Of a DNA stretch of 64,000 nucleotides, positions 49,113 through 59,231 are shown in pieces (within the stretch, counting starts at the first letter, position 1; each line of letters begins with the position of its first letter). A model generated the notes under the pieces. That model was not told the origin of the DNA. It saw only the letters and a program-made list of their open reading frames with translations, and ran no database searches. The translations under genes and the position numbers were made by a program. The stretch covers positions 32,001-96,000 of the forward strand of contig CAZLEV010000006.1 in assembly GCA_964558645.1 (NCBI GenBank), written 5' to 3'. The DNA comes from an uncultured archaeon (GTDB taxonomy: Archaea > Asgardarchaeota > Thorarchaeia > Thorarchaeales > Thorarchaeaceae).

Positions 49113-49171
49113 GGCCGGACATGATTCAAAGAAGACCAAGAGAGAGGATTCCTCCCCCCTCAGGTGTATCC

Positions 49172-50737
49172 CTACTTGTCACCTTTTCGGTATGAATCAG
49201 CTAGAAGATCAGGAATGTATTTTGTTTCAATAGAGGTCCCCTTCATGATGTCCTTTATCTGAATTGTACAGAATGGACACTCTGTGGTCACCATATCAGC
49301 CCCTGTCTTCTCGATATATTCCTTCTTAGTGGTGGCAATCTTCATAGAGAGATCACGCAGTCCAGCACGAACACCACCACCAGCCCCACAACAACGGTTC
49401 TTGTATGGGTCCTCGATATATTCGACACCAGGAATCATCTTGAGAAGCTCGATTGGCTGATCAACGACTCCTTGACCTCGACCGAGGTGACATGGTTCGT
49501 GATATGTGATTTTCATCCTAATCTCACCTGTCGGTTTCACCATGTTCTCCTCCCCTATCACATCAAGAAGATACTCTGCAAGATCATAGACCTTGAATCT
49601 CGGAGGTTCTCCTCGCATCTCCTCAATGATGGGACGGTGGTCCTCACGAAGAGTCTTGCCACAGCCTGCACAGGCAACGACTACCTCATCCAAGTCATAT
49701 TTCTCCATCACATCCTCGAATATCTCTGTGACTCGGACAGCTGCTGCCTTTCCTGTGTGGACATCGCCTGTCCTGAAAGCAGGACTGGCACAACACCACT
49801 GCTCCTTGGGGACAATCACGTCAACATTGTTCCTGTTTAGCACCTCAATTAGAGCTCTACCAGTTTCCTGCATCCGATAGTCAATGAGACAACCCGTGAA
49901 AAAGGCCACCCTGCCTTGAGGGGTATCCACAAGAAACTCCTCGGTTTCCGTACTCTTGAGCAAGGGCGTGTCCTTCTCAGGAACAGATCGTCCAGTCTTG
50001 TTTATCTCGTCGATAAAGCCCTGTTGACCTGTTGCGAGGGGATAGCCAGCCTCGACAGCCTTTGCTCGAAGCAGCTCCACAGCAAGACTTGGAATCTTGA
50101 TGTTCTTTGGACAGATGTCCTCACACATCTTACAGGTTGTACAGGTGTAGACAGCCTCATCTAGGGCCATAGAAACCCTGTCCTCAACATCTCGAGGGTC
50201 AAGCTGAAGCCGAGCAAGCTGGCGGATAATCATGGGCCCAGGATAATCCCAAGTTTCTGCAACAATGGGACAATTGGAGAGACAAGCACTGCATTCTATA
50301 CATTTTCTTATCTCACGGAGTTTCTCAATCTCCTCGGCCTGAATGATCTCTGGTCGCTCAGGCGGTTTATCACGAGCAACATACGGACGAATGCGTCGAA
50401 TCCTATATGTGACCTGTGCCATGTCCACAACGAGGTCTTTGATGATAGGCATCTTGTCAAGGGGTTCTAGTACAACCTCCTCATCGGGATTCACCTTCGT
50501 CCGGCATGATATCCGTGCGGTCCCATTGACCTTAATGGCACAAGATCCACATTGACCACCTCGGCACTCCCAACGGAATGCCAAGCTTGAATCGTACTTG
50601 TCTTGGATATAGAGCAGTGCATCGAGTACAGTCATTCCTGGCTCGTATTCGACTTCGAAGTCTTGGAAGTATGGACTGTCGTCCACATCAGGGTTGTATC
50701 TCTGAACAGTTGTTTTGAATTTCTTAGCCATCTTCAA
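49172..50737 (-). CDS. tfrB: Thiol:fumarate reductase Fe-S subunit (SdhB-like plus two CCG domains)
   Basis: 2Fe-2S CRGGQCGSC, CIECSAC, CTTCKMC; CCG domains CCASP/CAGC and CCGAGGG/CPFC. Confidence 0.88.
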   Translation of the reverse strand: MKMAKKFKTTVQRYNPDVDDSPYFQDFEVEYEPGMTVLDALLYIQDKYDSSLAFRWECRGGQCGSCAIKVNGTARISCRTKVNPDEEVVLEPLDKMPIIKDLVVDMAQVTYRIRRIRPYVARDKPPERPEIIQAEEIEKLREIRKCIECSACLSNCPIVAETWDYPGPMIIRQLARLQLDPRDVEDRVSMALDEAVYTCTTCKMCEDICPKNIKIPSLAVELLRAKAVEAGYPLATGQQGFIDEINKTGRSVPEKDTPLLKSTETEEFLVDTPQGRVAFFTGCLIDYRMQETGRALIEVLNRNNVDVIVPKEQWCCASPAFRTGDVHTGKAAAVRVTEIFEDVMEKYDLDEVVVACAGCGKTLREDHRPIIEEMRGEPPRFKVYDLAEYLLDVIGEENMVKPTGEIRMKITYHEPCHLGRGQGVVDQPIELLKMIPGVEYIEDPYKNRCCGAGGGVRAGLRDLSMKIATTKKEYIEKTGADMVTTECPFCTIQIKDIMKGTSIETKYIPDLLADSYRKGDK

Positions 50738-50743
50738 CTCCTC

Positions 50744-52447
50744 CTACGGCGGTTGGATCTTGGTTATGACAAGGTCCTTCCTCTTGAGCTCCATCTCCCC
50801 GTCGTCACCCTTGCGTATCACGATGTTGTAATAGCCCTTATCATCAGGGTCAGCATCGACTCGATAGTGGGCACCACGACTTCCCTTTCGCATATATGCA
50901 GCTTCAGCCACCATTCGAGCTGTGGTCACCATATGGGCAAACTCGATTGCTTGGTGCCATCCAGGATTGAATCGCTTGATGGGTACATCCACTTTGATCT
51001 TGGGAACAACCTCTTTCTGGATGCGCTTGAGCTCCTTGACTGCATCCTCTAGATCCTCTTCCTTCCTGAAAATCTGGACCTTGCTCCACATGAGGTCATT
51101 AAGCTCATCACGAGCATCAGCAGGTGATATACCATCCTTGCGTTGTAGCATTGCCTCAACGCGGTCAAACTCCTGCTTGGCCACATCTCGGTCGAATCCA
51201 GCGAGTTTGTGATTCTTGGCAAACTTTGCTGCACTCTCACCAGCCAAGGCGCCAAATACCTGGGTGTCAGCCAGTGCATTTCCTCCCAAGCGGTTTCCTC
51301 CATGGAGACCGCCCATGCACTCACCAGCAGCAAAGAGCCCGGGAATACTGGCTTGTGCATCAGTATCAATAGAAATGCCTCCCATGAAGTGGTGACAGGT
51401 CGGTGACACCTCCATTGGTTCTTCTCTTATGTCAACTCCCGCATCACCGAACTGTTCTATCATGCTTTCTAGACGAAACTCAACGATTCGCTTTGGCAAG
51501 TGACTGATGCTGAGATAGGCCCCACCAGTGGGTGAACCCCTTCCTTCGATGACTTCGGTCATGATAGACCGGGCCACCTGGTCACGACCTGCCAGTTCCA
51601 TGACCTGCGGATAGTAGTTCTTCATGAAGCGTTCGCCCTCACTATTGAGAAGAATACCGCCCTCTCCACGCACTGCCTCCGTAACAAGCCTTCCTTTGGC
51701 GGATTCGGGTCTTGTCATGCCGGTTGGATGAAACTGTATCATCTCCATGTCAATCATTTCACATCCAGCCTCGTAGGCCATAGCATATCCATCGCCAACA
51801 TCAAGCTGAGCATTGCTTGTGACCTTGTAGATTCGACCAGCTCCGCCTGTTGCCATCACCACGGACTTTGCACGGAAGACTAGGTAATCACCGTACTTCA
51901 TGTCAATGGCTGTGACGCCCGCAATCCTGCCATCTTCGACAAGCAGTTTGGTTGCAAATATCTCATCGAAGACTCGAACAGCACTCTTTCGAATCGCCTC
52001 TACCAGAGTGACCATAATCTCTGATCCCGTTCTATCAGAGGCATAGGCCGTTCTTCTCCAACTCTGCTTCCCAAACGGTCTCTGAGCAATCTTACCCTCG
52101 GGAGTTCTATCGAAAACCGCACCCATTTCCTCGAGATCATAGACTCTGGCTGTGGCATTGTCAACAAGAATCTCGACTAGTTCTTGGTTGTTAATGTAGT
52201 TGCCACCGACAACCGTGTCTTTGAAGTGGGTTTCGGGATCGTCCTTCGGGTCAACATTTCCTAGAGCAACATTGATCCCACCCTCGGCCATAGAGGTATG
52301 CGCCTTGCCGAGGAGCTCTTTGCTTAACATTATGACATCCAAGTTATGGTTTGAGGCCTCTATTGCAGCCCGACAGCCTGCACCGCCGGCGCCCACAACA
52401 AGCACGTCACATACAATGGTCTTGTATTCCAAACTGTGGTCCTCCAA
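50744..52447 (-). CDS. tfrA: Thiol:fumarate reductase flavoprotein subunit
   Basis: GAGGAG, AHT.MAEGG, QFHPTG, EAVRGEGG, HHFMGG, HGGNRLGGN. Confidence 0.9.
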   Translation of the reverse strand: MEDHSLEYKTIVCDVLVVGAGGAGCRAAIEASNHNLDVIMLSKELLGKAHTSMAEGGINVALGNVDPKDDPETHFKDTVVGGNYINNQELVEILVDNATARVYDLEEMGAVFDRTPEGKIAQRPFGKQSWRRTAYASDRTGSEIMVTLVEAIRKSAVRVFDEIFATKLLVEDGRIAGVTAIDMKYGDYLVFRAKSVVMATGGAGRIYKVTSNAQLDVGDGYAMAYEAGCEMIDMEMIQFHPTGMTRPESAKGRLVTEAVRGEGGILLNSEGERFMKNYYPQVMELAGRDQVARSIMTEVIEGRGSPTGGAYLSISHLPKRIVEFRLESMIEQFGDAGVDIREEPMEVSPTCHHFMGGISIDTDAQASIPGLFAAGECMGGLHGGNRLGGNALADTQVFGALAGESAAKFAKNHKLAGFDRDVAKQEFDRVEAMLQRKDGISPADARDELNDLMWSKVQIFRKEEDLEDAVKELKRIQKEVVPKIKVDVPIKRFNPGWHQAIEFAHMVTTARMVAEAAYMRKGSRGAHYRVDADPDDKGYYNIVIRKGDDGEMELKRKDLVITKIQPP

Positions 52448-52673
52448 TTGAAGACGAACGTTCTGTTTATCGTGATGGCGGACCTCTCTTCCCCTTTATT
52501 GTTGTTACTGTTGAGGTGGAAACTGGATTATGGCAAGGAGATGTCCCGATTGAGACGAAGCCCGTTATTATGTGCATAAGCTTGCATTGGCGCTAAACTC
52601 AGTGTTTTTGAATCTAAACAGCTAACTTCTAAAAGAAAAGATCACATATCGTGCTTGTCTGGGAGTGATATGA

Positions 52674-52775
52674 GTGAAGGCCGAGAATCTGTTCCTATTG
52701 GTGGCGTTTTTCGTTTTGCTCTTCTTTATGATATACGGCATCACAATCCCAATTATGAATGCCTTGGGATCCTGA
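52674..52775 (+). CDS. Putative 33-aa single-TM microprotein
   Basis: GTG...TGA encodes MKAENLFLLVAFFVLLFFMIYGITIPIMNALGS; GGAGTGAT RBS 4 nt upstream; lies in an intergenic gap. Confidence 0.55.
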   Translation: MKAENLFLLVAFFVLLFFMIYGITIPIMNALGS

Positions 52776-52842
52776 GGGGTCATACCAAAGAGAAAGGACA
52801 GACAGGCCAAGACCTGTCTATCAGGAGCAAGCTTAGCTGCTG

Positions 52843-53448
52843 CTATTCGATACCTAACTTGGCATAGATGCCATGTCGCTTTGCCTCAACCTTCTCATCC
52901 ATCTCATCATGTAGGCTTCTACCGTGAGAGTCCATGGTGACGAGGAGGGGGCCGAACTCTTCAGCAGTAATGACCCAGAGAGCCTCAGGCATACCCAAGT
53001 CCTGCCACTCATAAGCTCGGACTTCCTTCAGCCCACGGGATGCCAGAGCACCACAGCCGCCTGTGAAGCTGCAGTAGACGGCGCCCACATCACTCAGTGC
53101 AGCAAGGGTCTTGGGTCCCATACCTCCTTTGCCTATGATGATCCGTGGTTTGTACTTCTTCAGGAACTCATCTTCGAAGAGCTCCATCCGAATGCTCGTT
53201 GTTGGACCTGCCGAAACAATGTACCATTTTCCATCTCTCTGTTGTGCTACAGGCCCGACATGGTATACGACACTTCCCTGAAACTCTACAGGGGGCTTCT
53301 CACCCTTCTCATACATTTCAAGAGCGCGTTCATGGGCCTCATCTCGGGCGGTATACACGTGCTCGCCCGTAACATAGACAACATCGCCGGCCTTCAGCTT
53401 TCTTGCATCTTCCTCTGAGATCGGTGTAGTAAGATGATACTCCGTCAT
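52843..53448 (-). CDS. Class I fumarate hydratase beta subunit
   Basis: TARD.AH, GPTTS.RM, IGKGG, LGMPEA.W, GPL.V..DSHG. Confidence 0.93.
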   Translation of the reverse strand: MTEYHLTTPISEEDARKLKAGDVVYVTGEHVYTARDEAHERALEMYEKGEKPPVEFQGSVVYHVGPVAQQRDGKWYIVSAGPTTSIRMELFEDEFLKKYKPRIIIGKGGMGPKTLAALSDVGAVYCSFTGGCGALASRGLKEVRAYEWQDLGMPEALWVITAEEFGPLLVTMDSHGRSLHDEMDEKVEAKRHGIYAKLGIE

Positions 53449-53449
53449 T

Positions 53450-54337
53450 CTACTTGCCCTCCAGTGGGTGTGTGAGATAGTCAACTTGTAGGTCCTTGGA
53501 TATCACTGCTGTGCTTCGACGTGCAGCCCAGCATTGGACTGCAACACCAACAGGAAGACTAGCAGGATGCCGCATTGCATAGTCCATCTTCACTCCGAGG
53601 ACTGTGGTCTTACCACCTAGCCCCATCGGACCGATACCTGTGGAGTTGAGGGCCTCCTTCAGTTCGTCTTCAATTGCTGCAACCTCTGGTTCGGGATGAC
53701 TGTCAGCTAAGGGGCGCATCAGCTGTTGCTTTGCAACCTTGATTGCAATATCAGCCCCCCCACCGATTCCTATGCCAATGATGTTCGGCGAGCAGGCCTT
53801 TCCCATGTAGTCCATAGCGTTGTCAATGACTAGCTTTTTCACACCTGTTAGCCCAACACCTGGCTTCAGCATACCCACTATGGAAACGTTCTCGCTGCCC
53901 CCGCCTTTGGGAAATGCAGTGATCTCCAATGTATCACCTTCAACAATCTCCCAGTTAATCCATGGGATCTTTCTACCAGTGTTATCACCGGAATTGCCTC
54001 CCACAATTGGGTTCACTGCATTTGGTCGCAAAGGGACTCTGGTGGTTGCTTCCACTGTTGCCTTTTCCAGGGCTGATTTGATGTCACCTAGGAAAGGAAA
54101 CTCATCTCCCACTCGCAAGTAGAATATGATAATTCCTGTATCTTGGCACATCGGCACACCGGTAGCTGCTATCTCGATGTTCTTGAGAATCGCAGCAAAC
54201 TGTGTCTTTGCTGTTTCTTCGGTTTCGTCCTCGTATGCTGCCCTCAGAGCCTCTTCGATATCCTGAGGCAGTTTTGTGGCAGCCATTCGAAGAAGACGAA
54301 CCGTTGTGTCCTGAATTACTTGTGTTGGATCCTTCAT
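53450..54337 (-). CDS. Class I fumarate hydratase alpha subunit
   Basis: CQDTG, LRPN, KGGGSEN, AC.P, GIGPMGLGG, QCWA.R. Confidence 0.93.
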   Translation of the reverse strand: MKDPTQVIQDTTVRLLRMAATKLPQDIEEALRAAYEDETEETAKTQFAAILKNIEIAATGVPMCQDTGIIIFYLRVGDEFPFLGDIKSALEKATVEATTRVPLRPNAVNPIVGGNSGDNTGRKIPWINWEIVEGDTLEITAFPKGGGSENVSIVGMLKPGVGLTGVKKLVIDNAMDYMGKACSPNIIGIGIGGGADIAIKVAKQQLMRPLADSHPEPEVAAIEDELKEALNSTGIGPMGLGGKTTVLGVKMDYAMRHPASLPVGVAVQCWAARRSTAVISKDLQVDYLTHPLEGK

Positions 54338-54527
54338 CCTGTGATCATCTTCTGAGTTCTCTGTTTGAGGGCCCCAAGGGGCTCCTGTCCATATGACATG
54401 AATCTGACGGCTATTTAATCTGTGTTGCTATATGCGGCAACTCTGATAGCTAAACTAGGCAAATATATGGAGAGGATACAATATCTAAGTGTGCTCTGAT
54501 TAACCATGCTCCGAGTTGAACTGAACG

Positions 54528-55028
54528 ATGGAATCTCTACCCGTCACGATAGTCGTATTCATTGAGTGCGTAGTTGTGCTTACATGGTTCAGTCATGTAG
54601 ATATTTCAACCAGGAGGATTCCAAACCGGCAAATACTTGTAGCTCTCGTTCTCGCTTCTCTCACAGTCATTGCTTCGGGTTATTTGTTTGACCATCTCAT
54701 ACTACATGCATCGGCAGTTGGATTCACGGGATTCATGGTCTGTGTGTTGTATCGACTGGGTTCTATAGGCGGGGGGGATGTGAAACTGCTTCTTATTGTG
54801 GCATTCCTAAGCCCGGGTGTAATCTTTGTATCAGGTATGAATCCAGTGTTCGAGGGAATAATCGCCTCAGGGCTTCTCATCTTTGGCATGCTACTACTCG
54901 GATGGCTCTATTCGAGAATGTGTGAGAAGAAGGATGCCTCATGTCCGAGGACAATAATCCCTCTGGTACCTTGTCTCACCCTAAGTTACATTATTCTACA
55001 GACAATTGCAGTAGTGCTCCGGTCCTGA
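54528..55028 (+). CDS. A24 family prepilin/prearchaellin peptidase
   Basis: Two catalytic Asp motifs, D...RRIPN and GGGDVKL; C-terminal IP.VP. Confidence 0.85.
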   Translation: MESLPVTIVVFIECVVVLTWFSHVDISTRRIPNRQILVALVLASLTVIASGYLFDHLILHASAVGFTGFMVCVLYRLGSIGGGDVKLLLIVAFLSPGVIFVSGMNPVFEGIIASGLLIFGMLLLGWLYSRMCEKKDASCPRTIIPLVPCLTLSYIILQTIAVVLRS

Positions 55029-55145
55029 TGCCTAAAACAATCTTGGCGACTTTTAATCCGATCTGGAAGAGATGCCAGTCTATGTTATGAGGTGTAGATA
55101 TCAGTGAAAGATCTGGGGCTTCTTGAACGACGACCAGACACCTCT

Positions 55146-55568
55146 TCAAGAGAACTGAGAGACCTGCAATGTGATATTCTCTAGAAGGGGAAGGAGTTGT
55201 CCCTCAAAGGCGCTGGGGGGAACGAAGAATCCGTAGAGCAATGACCAGAGAAGCACCCACAGAAGCAAGTAGGATGGGAGCGTCTTGACAATCAGTTTCT
55301 GTCGTCCACCAATCTCTTCCGGGTCGATTTCAAGCAAATAGACGATAACAAAGAGAGAGAGAACATAGATTAGAAGACCCAGCCAGAGGCCCCTGACCCC
55401 TGCAAAAGCTTGCCCTCCAAGAGCGCAGGCAATAGCACTTACGAATGCGAAGAATATCTTGACATAGTAATCCTGATTGTCAGGATCGCCTTCCCATCTG
55501 CCGAACATGGTCTTGAAGAGATTCTTTAGCGGCTCCACATGGTACACCTCAGAGTATGAGGTCGTCAA
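55146..55568 (-). CDS. EMC6/Rab5ip-like three-TM membrane protein
   Basis: Three TMs with G..G...G..Y and the terminal SYLLLWVLLWSLLY motif. Confidence 0.65.
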   Translation of the reverse strand: MTTSYSEVYHVEPLKNLFKTMFGRWEGDPDNQDYYVKIFFAFVSAIACALGGQAFAGVRGLWLGLLIYVLSLFVIVYLLEIDPEEIGGRQKLIVKTLPSYLLLWVLLWSLLYGFFVPPSAFEGQLLPLLENITLQVSQFS

Positions 55569-55609
55569 TCGACTATGTTATAAAATCCTCGGTTCGATGA
55601 TGAACCGAA

Positions 55610-57616
55610 ATGAAGGACGCAATGAGCAACGTAGATATCAGAATCATGATGCAAGAGATACAAGAAGTATCTGAAGGCGCATTCATCAAGAATGTATACC
55701 AATATGGAGGCGTGTTTGTCCTCAAGGTGTATCAGCCAGGCGAGGGAACGTTTCAGCTGCTCATCGAGCCCGGGCACAGGATTCATGTGACTGACTACAG
55801 ACGTGTTGCTCCCCGGCTACCTCGCAAGTTCGTTAGCGTCCTTCGGAAGTATCTTCGGGATAGACGAATCATATCTGTGAAACAACATGAGATGGACAGG
55901 ATTGTTGTCATTGAGGTGGGGGACGAAGAGAGTTCACATAAGTTAGTGGCTGAGCTATTTGGCAGAGGGAACCTACTTCTACTAGATAATGAAGATAAGA
56001 TATTCATTGCACTTCACTACAAGAAGATGCGCGACAGGGATGTAATCCCCAAGGAAGTATACGAGTTCCCTCCACAGCGAGGAACGAATATCTTCAATCT
56101 AGACGATGATGTAGTGGGGAGTGTCATAACCGGCTCAGAGGTTAGTGTCATAAGAACCCTGACAAGACAGTTGAACCTTGATTCTCTGAGCTGTGAAGAG
56201 ATCTGCAGCTTAGCAGAGATAGAACCCGGTTCCAAAGTGAGTGATATCGATCAAGACTCACTGAGAGCCCTGACTGACGGAATTCAGGAATTCAGACTAA
56301 AGATAAAGAAGGGAGTGGACGACCCAAGAGTGGTTTACGATAAAGAGGACGAATCCGAGCCGGTGGCATTTGTCCCCTTCAGATTCAAAATCTTCAAGGA
56401 GCATCCTCAGACAACTTTTGATAGCTTCAGCCAAGCTTTGGATGAGTATTATGGGGTCACTGAAGAAGAGATAGATCAGGAAACACCAGATACCGCAGCC
56501 TTAGAGAGGGAACAAGAACGGCTCAAGACAATAATCGAAAAACAACAAGAGAATGTTGACGGTCTTCTTCTCAGGGCGGAAAAACTGCGGAATGCAGGCG
56601 AGCTGATATACACAAACTTCCAGATCGTGACAGATATTCTTGAAACGATTAGGCAAGCACGATCGGAGGGTGTTTCTTGGGAGGAGATAGAGCACACGAT
56701 AGAGGAGGGAAAGGAGCAAGGAAATAAGACTGCTCAGAGAGTTGTGAATCTCTACCCCTCTCAAGGAGAGGTTGTAGTGGAACTCCAAGGCCAGAAGATT
56801 GTATTGGATATCCGAAAGACTCCGCAAGAGAACGCGTCACAAGCATATGAGGGAGCTAAGAAAGCAGAGCATAAGGCGAAAGGGGCTAGGAAGCAAATTG
56901 AGAAGACAAGAGAGAAGCTTTCTGAATTAGATCTTTCTGACATTGAAGACACGAAAGAGCCTGTTCCCATCAAGATTAGGAACAAAGGCTGGTATGAGAA
57001 GTATCGATGGTTCATTTCATCAGAAGACTACCTTGTCATAGGAGGAAGAGATGCTCGAACAAATGAGAGGATTGCTAAGAAGCATATGGGGCCGAATGAC
57101 GTGTTTCTGCATGCTGCTGTACACGGGGCGCCATACACGGTGATCAAGGTGCCCGATAAACCTCCTGGAGAACAGACCCTGTGGGAAGCAGCTCAGTTTG
57201 CTGTCACTTTCTCAAGAGCATGGCAAGACGGTTTGACGGCAGGAGACGCCTACTGGGTAAATCCGGAACAGGTTAGTTTCACTCCCCCCTCAGGAGAATA
57301 TCTCCCATCCGGAGCAGTTATGATCTATGGAAACAAGAACTTCATCAAGAGTGTCCCAGTGGAGCTTCGGGTGGGAGTCCTACTCGAAGAGGAATATGCG
57401 ATTCCGTTCTCTGGGCCGCCCTCAGCTGTGGAAAAGAACACGAAGTATCATGTGAGAGTAATCCCTGGAGGGGACAAGAAAGGACAACTGGTTAAAGACA
57501 TCCTGAATGCCCTTGAATCAATAGTTCCCGATGAGAGAGCACATCTTGTCTCGCGCATTCCTGAGGCAGAGATGATGAGAGTCCTTCCTCCGGGTGAAGG
57601 AGTACTAAAACGATAG
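55610..57616 (+). CDS. rqcH: Ribosome quality-control factor Rqc2/NEMF (NFACT)
   Basis: MS..DI, DRI, ELFG.GN, WYEKYRWF.SS, GGRDA..NE, QVS..P.SGEYL..G..MI.G. Confidence 0.93.
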   Translation: MKDAMSNVDIRIMMQEIQEVSEGAFIKNVYQYGGVFVLKVYQPGEGTFQLLIEPGHRIHVTDYRRVAPRLPRKFVSVLRKYLRDRRIISVKQHEMDRIVVIEVGDEESSHKLVAELFGRGNLLLLDNEDKIFIALHYKKMRDRDVIPKEVYEFPPQRGTNIFNLDDDVVGSVITGSEVSVIRTLTRQLNLDSLSCEEICSLAEIEPGSKVSDIDQDSLRALTDGIQEFRLKIKKGVDDPRVVYDKEDESEPVAFVPFRFKIFKEHPQTTFDSFSQALDEYYGVTEEEIDQETPDTAALEREQERLKTIIEKQQENVDGLLLRAEKLRNAGELIYTNFQIVTDILETIRQARSEGVSWEEIEHTIEEGKEQGNKTAQRVVNLYPSQGEVVVELQGQKIVLDIRKTPQENASQAYEGAKKAEHKAKGARKQIEKTREKLSELDLSDIEDTKEPVPIKIRNKGWYEKYRWFISSEDYLVIGGRDARTNERIAKKHMGPNDVFLHAAVHGAPYTVIKVPDKPPGEQTLWEAAQFAVTFSRAWQDGLTAGDAYWVNPEQVSFTPPSGEYLPSGAVMIYGNKNFIKSVPVELRVGVLLEEEYAIPFSGPPSAVEKNTKYHVRVIPGGDKKGQLVKDILNALESIVPDERAHLVSRIPEAEMMRVLPPGEGVLKR

Positions 57617-57744
57617 AGAATTCATCGACAGGACAGGACGGTTAGATAAGCTTTTTAATCAAACAAATTTGCACTCTTCCGTGATGCCCAAACACACTTG
57701 TGGGCACCAACTGCCAAGTTCCTGAGTAGATTGAGGTCAATAAG

Positions 57745-58308
57745 ATGGCAAATCCAGCACAGCATAGCATGTCGGTGCGCGATATCATGACTCACGATGT
57801 CGTCACAATGGCGCCAACCGCAACTGTATTTGAAGTGGCAAAAGCAATGACCGATATGGACATCGGCTCCATAGTTATTGCTGAAGGAGAGCGCCCCCTA
57901 GGAATAATCAGTGAAACGGATCTTATCAGGCGCGTGATTGCTAGGGAAGTCGACCCGAAGGCGACAGCTGCACGAGAAATAATGTCAGCACCGTTGATTC
58001 ACGTCACACCAGCAACGGGCCTGACAGAGGCTATGCGTGTGATGGCAAGAAGCGGAATCAGACGGCTCATAGTCCTGAAAAACCACTCTCTTGCAGGCAT
58101 CTTGACCTCTCGTGACATCTTGCAGTGGTCACCTGAGTTGATCGATATCCTTGTCGAGTCATTGAGAGTGCGAGGAGAACCCACAAGACGCGAAGTGGAT
58201 GAAGATGAATTAGTGGCCTACGGCGGGATATGTGACAGTTGTGGAGAATACTCTACTGATCTCGCAATGCAAGATGGACGTTATCTATGTGAGAGTTGTC
58301 GTAGTTAG
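57745..58308 (+). CDS. CBS-pair protein with C-terminal zinc ribbon
   Basis: Two CBS motifs followed by GICDSCG...LCESC. Confidence 0.88.
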   Translation: MANPAQHSMSVRDIMTHDVVTMAPTATVFEVAKAMTDMDIGSIVIAEGERPLGIISETDLIRRVIAREVDPKATAAREIMSAPLIHVTPATGLTEAMRVMARSGIRRLIVLKNHSLAGILTSRDILQWSPELIDILVESLRVRGEPTRREVDEDELVAYGGICDSCGEYSTDLAMQDGRYLCESCRS

Positions 58309-58370
58309 TTAAGTGAGGTTTTCGGTTCAGACAATCCTTAGTCGTAAGCATCATTTCGGAGGTACTGTAA

Positions 58371-59189
58371 GTGGAAGTCAGCCAGATAATGAGTGAGCCA
58401 GTAACGATTGACAAAGACCAGCGATTATCTCATGCTCTGGATTTGCTGGATAAGAAAGGTGTTGATAGACTTGTCGTCATTGATGACAAGGAAGTGACAG
58501 GAATACTCACTTATGCCGACATTGCAGACAGGCTTGGTGTGAGCAAAGTAGTAGCAGTCTCGATAGGAAGACTCCATGTATCAAGTGCTATGTCTGATAC
58601 TGTCATCAGTGCGAAACCGGAGCATGATGTCACTGATGTTGCCAATCTTATGATTGAGAGAGGCATGAGTGGATGCCCAGTAGTTGATGATGAGGGGACC
58701 CTTGTGGGAGTCATTACCAAGATGGATCTTGCCGATCTTATGAAGAAGTTCACTGATGTCAAAGTGAAGGAGCTTATGACGTCAGAAGACCTCTTGGTTG
58801 TGAATCCGGTTGACCGCCTCATCAAGGCTAGAAGTGACATGTTGACTGCAGGATACTCTGGATTACCTGTGACCGATGGAAAGCGGGTCCTTGGTCTTCT
58901 GACTCAGAAGATGGTAGCAGAAGCAATGGCCCGATTCAGCGTCGAAGTCCCCGATAAGTATCGTGCCAATCAGGTAAGGCTTCTTAGAGTTGTTGACGCT
59001 ATGGCTCAGCAGCCCCCGATGATCGGGCCGGAGGATTCGATTGCAGAAGCAGCCACTGTTATGCTTGACAACGGCCTGAATACCCTTCCAGTGGTAGAAG
59101 AGGGAAATGCGATTGTAGGAGTAATCAGCACTACAGATTTCACACGATTTGTGGCCAACAAATTCAAGATACCTGCCGACAAAGAGTAG
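58371..59189 (+). CDS. Four-CBS-domain protein
   Basis: Repeated V..IM...PVV...GI.T..D motifs. Confidence 0.88.
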   Translation: MEVSQIMSEPVTIDKDQRLSHALDLLDKKGVDRLVVIDDKEVTGILTYADIADRLGVSKVVAVSIGRLHVSSAMSDTVISAKPEHDVTDVANLMIERGMSGCPVVDDEGTLVGVITKMDLADLMKKFTDVKVKELMTSEDLLVVNPVDRLIKARSDMLTAGYSGLPVTDGKRVLGLLTQKMVAEAMARFSVEVPDKYRANQVRLLRVVDAMAQQPPMIGPEDSIAEAATVMLDNGLNTLPVVEEGNAIVGVISTTDFTRFVANKFKIPADKE

Positions 59190-59231
59190 AACAATTAAGA
59201 GGGTTTGCCTGTAGTACACTTGTGATATTGC

